Below are positions 55,301 to 64,000 of a stretch of 64,000 nucleotides of DNA, piece after piece (position 1 is the stretch's first letter; each line of letters starts with the position of its first letter). Source of the stretch: Eledone cirrhosa (lineage: Eukaryota); the NCBI GenBank assembly GCA_964016885.1, contig OZ024742.1, forward strand, positions 363,754,001 to 363,818,000, written 5' to 3'. The notes under the pieces are model-generated. The model worked only from the letters and a program-made list of their open reading frames with translations, made no database searches and was not told where the DNA came from. A program made the translations under genes and the position numbers.

Positions 55301-58300
55301 GAACTATCCTTGGTGCTGAGTTGGTTAGAATGTCACATGGAACTATCCTTCCTGCTAAGTTGGTTAGAATGTCAGATGGAACTATCCTTGGTGCTAAGTT
55401 GGTTAGAATGTCACATGGAACTATCCTTCCTGCTAAGTTGGTTAGAATGTCAGATGGAACTATCCTTCCTGCTAAGTTGGTTAGAATGTCAGATGGAACT
55501 ATCCTTCCTGCTAAGTTGGTTAGAATGTCACATGGAACTATCCTTCCTGCTAAGTTGGTTAGAATGTCAGATGGAACTATCCTTGGTGCTAAGTTGGTTA
55601 GAATGTCAGATGGAACTATCCTTGGTGCTAAGTTGGTTAGAATGTCACATGGAACTATCCTTGCTGCTAAGTTGGTTAGAATGTCAGATGGAACTATCCT
55701 TCCTGCTAAGTTGGTTAGAATGTCAGATGGAACTATCCTTGGTGCTAAGTTGGTTAGAATGTCACATGGAACTATCCTTGGTGCTAAGTTGGTTAGAATG
55801 TCAGATGGAACTATCCTTCCTGCTAAGTTGGTTAGAATGTCAGATGGAACTATCCTTCCTGCTAAGTTGGTTAGAATGTCAGATGGAACTATCCTTCCTG
55901 CTAAGTTGGTTAGAATGTCAGATGGAACTATCCTTCCTGCTAAGTTGGTTAGAATGTCAGATGGAACTATCCTTCCTGCTAAGTTGGTTAGAATGTCACA
56001 TGGAACTATCCTTCCTGCTAAGTTGGTTAGAATGTCAGATGGAACTATCCTTCCTGCTAAGTTGGTTAGAATGTCAGATGGAACTATCCTTCCTGCTAAG
56101 TTGGTTAGAATGTCACATGGAACTATCCTTCCTGCTAAGTTGGTTAGAATGTCAGATGGAACTATCCTTCCTGCTAAGTTGGTTAGAATGTCACATGGAA
56201 CTATCCTTCCTGCTAAGTTGGTTAGAATGTCACATGGAACTATCCTTCCTGCTAAGTTGGTTAGAATGTCACATGGAACTATCCTTGGTGCTAAGTTGGT
56301 TAGAATGTCACATGGAACTATCCTTCCTGCTAAGTTGGTTAGAATGTCACATGGAACTATCCTTCCTGCTAAGTTGGTTAGAATGTCAGATGGAACTATC
56401 CTTGGTGCTAAGTTGGTTAGAATGTCAGATGGAACTATCCTTGGTGCTAAGTTGGTTAGAATGTCACATGGAACTATCCTTGGTGCTAAGTTGGTTAGAA
56501 TGTCACATGGAACTATCCTTGGTGCTAAGTTGGTTAGAATGTCAGATGGAACTATCCTTCCTGCTAAGTTGGTTAGAATGTCAGATGGAACTATCCTTCC
56601 TGCTAAGTTGGTTAGAATGTCACATGGAACTATCCTTCCTGCTAAGTTGGTTAGAATGTCACATGGAACTATCCTTCCTGCTAAGTTGGTTAGAATGTCA
56701 GATGGAACTATCCTTCCTGCTAAGTTGGTTAGAATGTCACATGGAACTATCCTTCCTGCTAAGTTGGTTAGAATGTCAGATGGAACTATCCTTCCTGCTA
56801 AGTTGGTTAGAATGTCAGATGGAACTATCCTTGGTGCTAAGTTGGTTAGAATGTCAGATGGAACTATCCTTCCTGCTAAGTTGGTTAGAATGTCACATGG
56901 AACTATCCTTCCTGCTAAGTTGGTTAGAATGTCAGATGGAACTATCCTTCCTGCTAAGTTGGTTAGAATGTCACATGGAACTATCCTTCCTGCTAAGTTG
57001 GTTAGAATGTCAGATGGAACTATCCTTGGTGCTAAGTTGGTTAGAATGTCAGATGGAACTATCCTTGGTGCTAAGTTGGTTAGAATGTCACATGGAACTA
57101 TCCTTCCTGCTAAGTTGCTTAGAATGTCAGATGGAACTATCCTTGGTGCTAAGTTGGTTAGAATGTCAGATGGAACTATCCTTGCTGCTAAGTTGGTTAG
57201 AATGTCAGATGGAACTATCCTTCCTGCTAAGTTGGTTAGAATGTCAGATGGAACTATCCTTCCTGCTAAGTTGGTTAGAATGTCAGATGGAACTATCCTT
57301 GGTGCTAAGTTGGTTAGAATGTCACATGGAACTATCCTTGCTGCTAAGTTGGTTAGAATGTCAGATGGAACTATCCTTCCTGCTAAGTTGGTTAGAATGT
57401 CAGATGGAACTATCCTTGGTGCTAAGTTGGTTAGAATGTCACATGGAACTATCCTTGGTGCTAAGTTGGTTAGAATGTCAGATGGAACTATCCTTGCTGC
57501 TAAGTTGGTTAGAATGTCAGATGGAACTATCCTTGGTGCTAAGTTGGTTAGAATGTCAGATGGAACTATCCTTCCTGCTAAGTTGGTTAGAATGTCACAT
57601 GGAACTATCCTTCCTGCTAAGTTGGTTAGAATGTCAGATGGAACTATCCTTGGTGCTAAGTTGGTTAGAATGTCAGATGGAACTATCCTTGGTGCTAAGT
57701 TGGTTAGAATGTGAGATGGAACTATCCTTGATGCTAAGTTGGTTAGAATGTCACATGGAACTATCCTTGGTGCTAAGTTGGTTAGAATGTCACATGGAAC
57801 TATCCTTCCTGCTAAGTTGGTTAGAATGTCAGATGGAACTATCCTTCCTGCTAAGTTGGTTAGAATGTCACATGGAACTATCCTTGGTGCTAAGTTGGTT
57901 AGAATGTCAGATGGAACTATCCTTGCTGCTAAGTTGGTTAGAATGTCACATGGAACTATCCCTGGTGCTAAGTTGGTTAGAATGTCAGATGGAACTATCC
58001 AAGCTGCTAAGTTGGTTAGAATGTCAGATGGAACTATCCTTCCTGCTAAGTTGGTTAGAATGTCACATGGAACTATCCTTCCTTCTAAGTTGGTTAGAAT
58101 GTCAGATGGAACTATCCTTGCTGCTAAGTTGGTTAGAATGTCACATGGAACTATCCTTCCTGCTAAGTTGGTTAGAATGTCAGATGGAACTATCCAAGCT
58201 GCTAAGTTGGTTAGAATGTCAGATGGAACTATCCTTCCTGCTAAGTTGGTTAGAATGTCAGATGGAACTATCCTTCCTGCTAAGTTGGTTAGAATGTCAC

Positions 58301-61300
58301 ATGGAACTATCCTTCCTGCTAAGTTGGTTAGAATGTCACATGGAACTATCCTTCCTGCTAAGTTGGTTAGAATGTCAGATGGAACTATCCTTGGTGCTAA
58401 GTTGGTTAGAATGTCACATGGAACTATCCTTCCTGCTAAGTTGGTTAGAATGTCAGATGGAACTATCCTTGGTGCTAAGTTGGTTAGAATGTCACATGGA
58501 ACTATCCTTCCTGCTAAGTTGGTTAGAATGTCAGATGGAACTATCCTTGGTGCTAAGTTGGTTAGAATGTCACATGGAACTATCCTTCCTGCTAAGTTGG
58601 TTAGAATGTCAGATGGAACTATCCTTCCTGCTAAGTTGGTTAGAATGTCAGATGGAACTATCCTTGGTGCTAAGTTGGTTAGAATGTCAGATGGAACTAT
58701 CCTTGGTGCTAAGTTGGTTAGAATGTCACATGGAACTATCCTTCCTGCTAAGTTGGTTAGAATGTCAGATGGAACTATCCAAGCTGCTAAGTTGGTTAGA
58801 ATGTCAGATGGAACTATCCTTCCTGCTAAGTTGGTTAGAATGTCAGATGGAACTATCCTTCCTGATAAGTTGGTTAGAATGTCACATGGAACTATCCTTC
58901 CTGCTAAGTTGGTTAGAATGTCAGATGGAACTATCCTTCCTGCTAAGTTGGTTAGAATGTCAGATGGAACTATCCTTCCTGCTAAGTTGGTTAGAATGTC
59001 AGATGGAACTATCCTTCCTGCTAAGTTGGTTAGAATGTCAGATGGAACTATCCTTCCTGCTAAGTTGGTTAGAATGTCAGATGGAACTATCCAAGCTGCT
59101 AAGTTGGTTAGAATGTCAGATGGAACTATCCTTCCTGCTAAGTTGGTTAGAATGTCAGATGGAACTATCCTTCCTGCTAAGTTGGTTAGAATGTCAGATG
59201 GAACTATCCTTCCTGCTAAGTTGGTTAGAATGTCAGATGGAACTATCCTTCCTGCTAAGTTGGTTAGAATGTCAGATGGAACTATCCAAGCTGCTAAGTT
59301 GGTTAGAATGTCAGATGGAACTATCCTTCCTGCTAAGTTGGTTAGAATGTCAGATGGAACTATCCTTCCTGCTAAGTTGGTTAGAATGTCAGATGGAACT
59401 ATCCTTCCTGCTAAGTTGGTTAGAATGTCAGATGGAACTATCCTTCCTGCTAAGTTGGTTAGAATGTCAGATGGAACTATCCAAGCTGCTAAGTTGGTTA
59501 GAATGTCAGATGGAACTATCCTTCCTGCTAAGTTGGTTAGAATGTCAGATGGAACTATCCTTCCTGCTAAGTTGGTTAGAATGTCAGATGGAACTATCCT
59601 TCCTGCTAAGTTGGTTAGAATGTCAGATGGAACTATCCTTCCTGCTAAGTTGGTTAGAATGTCAGATGGAACTATCCAAGCTGCTAAGTTGGTTAGAATG
59701 TCAGATGGAACTATCCTTCCTGCTAAGTTGGTTAGAATGTCAGATGGAACTATCCTTCCTGCTAAGTTGGTTAGAATGTCAGATGGAACTATCCTTCCTG
59801 CTAAGTTGGTTAGAATGTCAGATGGAACTATCCAAGCTGCTAAGTTGGTTAGAATGTCAGATGGAACTATCCTTCCTGCTAAGTTGGTTAGAATGTCAGA
59901 TGGAACTATCCTTCCTGCTAAGTTGGTTAGAATGTCAGATGGAACTATCCTTCCTGCTAAGTTGGTTAGAATGTCAGATGGAACTATCCTTCCTGCTAAG
60001 TTGGTTAGAATGTCAGATGGAACTATCCAAGCTGCTAAGTTGGTTAGAATGTCAGATGGAACTATCCTTCCTGCTAAGTTGGTTAGAATGTCAGATGGAA
60101 CTATCCTTCCTGCTAAGTTGGTTAGAATGTCAGATGGAACTATCCTTCCTGCTAAGTTGGTTAGAATGTCAGATGGAACTATCCTTCCTGCTAAGTTGGT
60201 TAGAATGTCAGATGGAACTATCCAAGCTGCTAAGTTGGTTAGAATGTCAGATGGAACTATCCTTCCTGCTAAGTTGGTTAGAATGTCAGATGGAACTATC
60301 CTTCCTGCTAAGTTGGTTAGAATGTCAGATGGAACTATCCTTCCTGCTAAGTTGGTTAGAATGTCAGATGGAACTATCCTTCCTGCTAAGTTGGTTAGAA
60401 TGTCAGATGGAACTATCCAAGCTGCTAAGTTGGTTAGAATGTCAGATGGAACTATCCTTCCTGCTAAGTTGGTTAGAATGTCAGATGGAACTATCCTTCC
60501 TGCTAAGTTGGTTAGAATGTCAGATGGAACTATCCTTCCTGCTAAGTTGGTTAGAATGTCAGATGGAACTATCCTTCCTGCTAAGTTGGTTAGAATGTCA
60601 GATGGAACTATCCTTCCTGCTAAGTTGGTTAGAATGTCAGATGGAACTATCCAAGCTGCTAAGTTGGTTAGAATGTCAGATGGAACTATCCTTCCTGCTA
60701 AGTTGGTTAGAATGTCAGATGGAACTATCCTTCCTGCTAAGTTGGTTAGAATGTCAGATGGAACTATCCTTCCTGCTAAGTTGGTTAGAATGTCAGATGG
60801 AACTATCCTTCCTGCTAAGTTGGTTAGAATGTCAGATGGAACTATCCTTGGTGCTAAGTTGGTTAGAATGTCAGATGGAACTATCCTTCCTGCTAAGTTG
60901 GTTAGAATGTCAGATGGAACTATCCTTCCTGCTAAGTTGGTTAGAATGTCAGATGGAACTATCCTTCCTGCTAAGTTGGTTAGAATGTCAGATGGAACTA
61001 TCCTTCCTGCTAAGTTGGTTAGAATGTCAGATGGAACTATCCTTGGTGCTAAGTTGGTTAGAATGTCAGATGGAACTATCCTTCCTGCTAAGTTGGTTAG
61101 AATGTCAGATGGAACTATCCTTCCTGCTAAGTTGGTTAGAATGTCAGATGGAACTATCCAAGCTGCTAAGTTGGTTAGAATGTCAGATGGAACTATCCTT
61201 CCTGCTAAGTTGGTTAGAATGTCAGATGGAACTATCCTTCCTGCTAAGTTGGTTAGAATGTCAGATGGAACTATCCTTCCTGCTAAGTTGGTTAGAATGT

Positions 61301-64000
61301 CAGATGGAACTATCCTTCCTGCTAAGTTGGTTAGAATGTCAGATGGAACTATCCTTCCTGCTAAGTTGGTTAGAATGTCACATGGAACTATCCTTCCTGC
61401 TAAGTTGGTTAGAATGTCAGATGGAACTATCCTTCCTGCTAAGTTGGTTAGAATGTCAGATGGAACTACCTTCCTGCTAAGTTGGTTAGAATGTCACATG
61501 GAACTATCCAAGCTGCTAAGTTGGTTAGAATGTCACATGGAACTATCCTTCCTGCTAAGTTGGTTAGAATGTCAGATGGAACTATCCTTCCTGCTAAGTT
61601 GGTTAGAATGTCACATGGAACTATCCTAGCTGCTAAGTTGGTTAGAATGTCACATGGAACTATCCTTCCTGCTAAGTTGGTTAGAATGTCAGATGGAACT
61701 ATCCTTCCTGCTAAGTTGGTTAGAATGTCAGATGGAACTATCCTTCCTGCTAAGTTGGTTAGAATGTCAGATGGAACTATCCCAGCTGCTAAGTTGGTTA
61801 GAATGTCAGATGGAACTATCCTTGCTGCTAAGTTGGTTAGAATGTCACATGGAACTATCCTTCCTGCTAAGTTGGTTAGAATGTCAGATGGAACTATCCA
61901 AGCTGCTAAGTTGGTTAGAATGTCAGATGGAACTATCCTTCCTGCTAAGTTGGTTAGAATGTCAGATGGAACTATCCTTCCTGCTAAGTTGGTTAGAATG
62001 TCACATGGAACTATCCTTCCTGCTAAGTTGGTTAGAATGTCACATGGAACTATCCTTCCTGCTAAGTTGGTTAGAATGTCAGATGGAACTATCCTTGGTG
62101 CTAAGTTGGTTAGAATGTCACATGGAACTATCCTTCCTGCTAAGTTGGTTAGAATGTCAGATGGAACTATCCAAGCTGCTAAGTTGGTTAGAATGTCAGA
62201 TGGAACTATCCTTCCTGCTAAGTTGGTTAGAATGTCAGATGGAACTATCCTTCCTGATAAGTTGGTTAGAATGTCACATGGAACTATCCTTCCTGCTAAG
62301 TTGGTTAGAATGTCAGATGGAACTATCCTTCCTGCTAAGTTGGTTAGAATGTCAGATGGAACTATCCTTCCTGCTAAGTTGGTTAGAATGTCAGATGGAA
62401 CTATCCTTCCTGCTAAGTTGGTTAGAATGTCAGATGGAACTATCCTTCCTGCTAAGTTGGTTAGAATGTCAGATGGAACTATCCAAGCTGCTAAGTTGGT
62501 TAGAATGTCAGATGGAACTATCCTTCCTGCTAAGTTGGTTAGAATGTCAGATGGAACTATCCTTCCTGCTAAGTTGGTTAGAATGTCAGATGGAACTATC
62601 CTTCCTGCTAAGTTGGTTAGAATGTCAGATGGAACTATCCTTCCTGCTAAGTTGGTTAGAATGTCAGATGGAACTATCCAAGCTGCTAAGTTGGTTAGAA
62701 TGTCAGATGGAACTATCCTTCCTGCTAAGTTGGTTAGAATGTCAGATGGAACTATCCTTCCTGCTAAGTTGGTTAGAATGTCAGATGGAACTATCCTTCC
62801 TGCTAAGTTGGTTAGAATGTCAGATGGAACTATCCTTCCTGCTAAGTTGGTTAGAATGTCAGATGGAACTATCCAAGCTGCTAAGTTGGTTAGAATGTCA
62901 GATGGAACTATCCTTCCTGCTAAGTTGGTTAGAATGTCAGATGGAACTATCCTTCCTGCTAAGTTGGTTAGAATGTCAGATGGAACTATCCTTCCTGCTA
63001 AGTTGGTTAGAATGTCAGATGGAACTATCCTTCCTGCTAAGTTGGTTAGAATGTCAGATGGAACTATCCAAGCTGCTAAGTTGGTTAGAATGTCAGATGG
63101 AACTATCCTTCCTGCTAAGTTGGTTAGAATGTCAGATGGAACTATCCTTCCTGCTAAGTTGGTTAGAATGTCAGATGGAACTATCCTTCCTGCTAAGTTG
63201 GTTAGAATGTCAGATGGAACTATCCTTCCTGCTAAGTTGGTTAGAATGTCAGATGGAACTATCCTTGGTGCTAAGTTGGTTAGAATGTCAGATGGAACTA
63301 TCCTTCCTGCTAAGTTGGTTAGAATGTCAGATGGAACTATCCTTCCTGCTAAGTTGGTTAGAATGTCAGATGGAACTATCCTTCCTGCTAAGTTGGTTAG
63401 AATGTCAGATGGAACTATCCTTCCTGCTAAGTTGGTTAGAATGTCAGATGGAACTATCCAAGCTGCTAAGTTGGTTAGAATGTCAGATGGAACTATCCTT
63501 CCTGCTAAGTTGGTTAGAATGTCAGATGGAACTATCCTTGGTGCTAAGTTGGTTAGAATGTCAGATGGAACTATCCTTCCTGCTAAGTTGGTTAGAATGT
63601 CAGATGGAACTATCCTTCCTGCTAAGTTGGTTAGAATGTCAGATGGAACTATCCTTCCTGCTAAGTTGGTTAGAATGTCAGATGGAACTATCCTTCCTGC
63701 TAAGTTGGTTAGAATGTCAGATGGAACTATCCTTCCTGCTAAGTTGGTTAGAATGTCAGATGGAACTATCCTTCCTGCTAAGTTGGTTAGAATGTCACAT
63801 GGAACTATCCTTCCTGCTAAGTTGGTTAGAATGTCAGATGGAACTATCCTTCCTGCTAAGTTGGTTAGAATGTCAGATGGAACTATCCTTCCTGCTAAGT
63901 TGGTTAGAATGTCACATGGAACTATCCTTCCTGCTAAGTTGGTTAGAATGTCAGATGGAACTATCCTTCCTGCTAAGTTGGTTAGAATGTCAGATGGAAC
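22318..64000. repeat. 39-bp satellite array, ~1,070 units, open at the window end
   Basis: Unit GCTAAGTTGGTTA(G/C)AATGTCA(G/C)ATGGAACTATCC(T/A)(T/A)(C/G)(C/G)T. ATG positions 22336, 36532 and 57748 differ by exact multiples of 39 (364 and 908 units from the first). The first units are more diverged. Confidence 0.99.

Noticed and set aside
22327-61629. Giant + strand ORFs (MSDGTILxAKLVR and MELSxLLSWLECQ repeats, up to 7060 aa) as proteins
   Set aside because: They are translations of a 39-bp unit divisible by three. Several frames are open at once, both + frames contain stops, and there is no unique N-terminus or domain.
22318-64000. CRISPR-like array
   Set aside because: No unique spacers and no cas genes; head-to-tail monomers in a eukaryotic context.
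22318-64000. Telomere-derived repeat (TTGGTTAG)
   Set aside because: No TTAGGG or TTAGG tandem; the resemblance is a single short word.

Overview
Eukaryotic, AT-rich, repeat-dominated DNA. The tRNA-derived SINE and the microsatellite style suggest an octopod cephalopod, but this is recalled similarity, not a database result. I can support no intact host gene. Positions 1-22.3 kb hold a ~446-bp foldback element, a decayed minus-strand Tx1/L1-type LINE embedded in a (GATA)n tract, two related SINE copies, a 25-bp minisatellite of ~150 units, a direct-plus-inverted repeat cluster that may be Penelope-like terminal repeats, and many microsatellites. From ~22,318 to the window end is one 39-bp satellite array of ~1,070 units that continues past the edge. 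The giant ORFs in the track are translations of this satellite. Within the array I see near-perfect phasing (one indel), common polymorphisms that are all complement swaps (G<->C, A<->T), nested higher-order repeats from 5 to ~277 units, a variant gradient, and an apparently stop-free ~39-kb minus-strand frame. I found no convincing new biological system; the array's variant structure and the possible microsatellite targeting of the LINE are the best leads.
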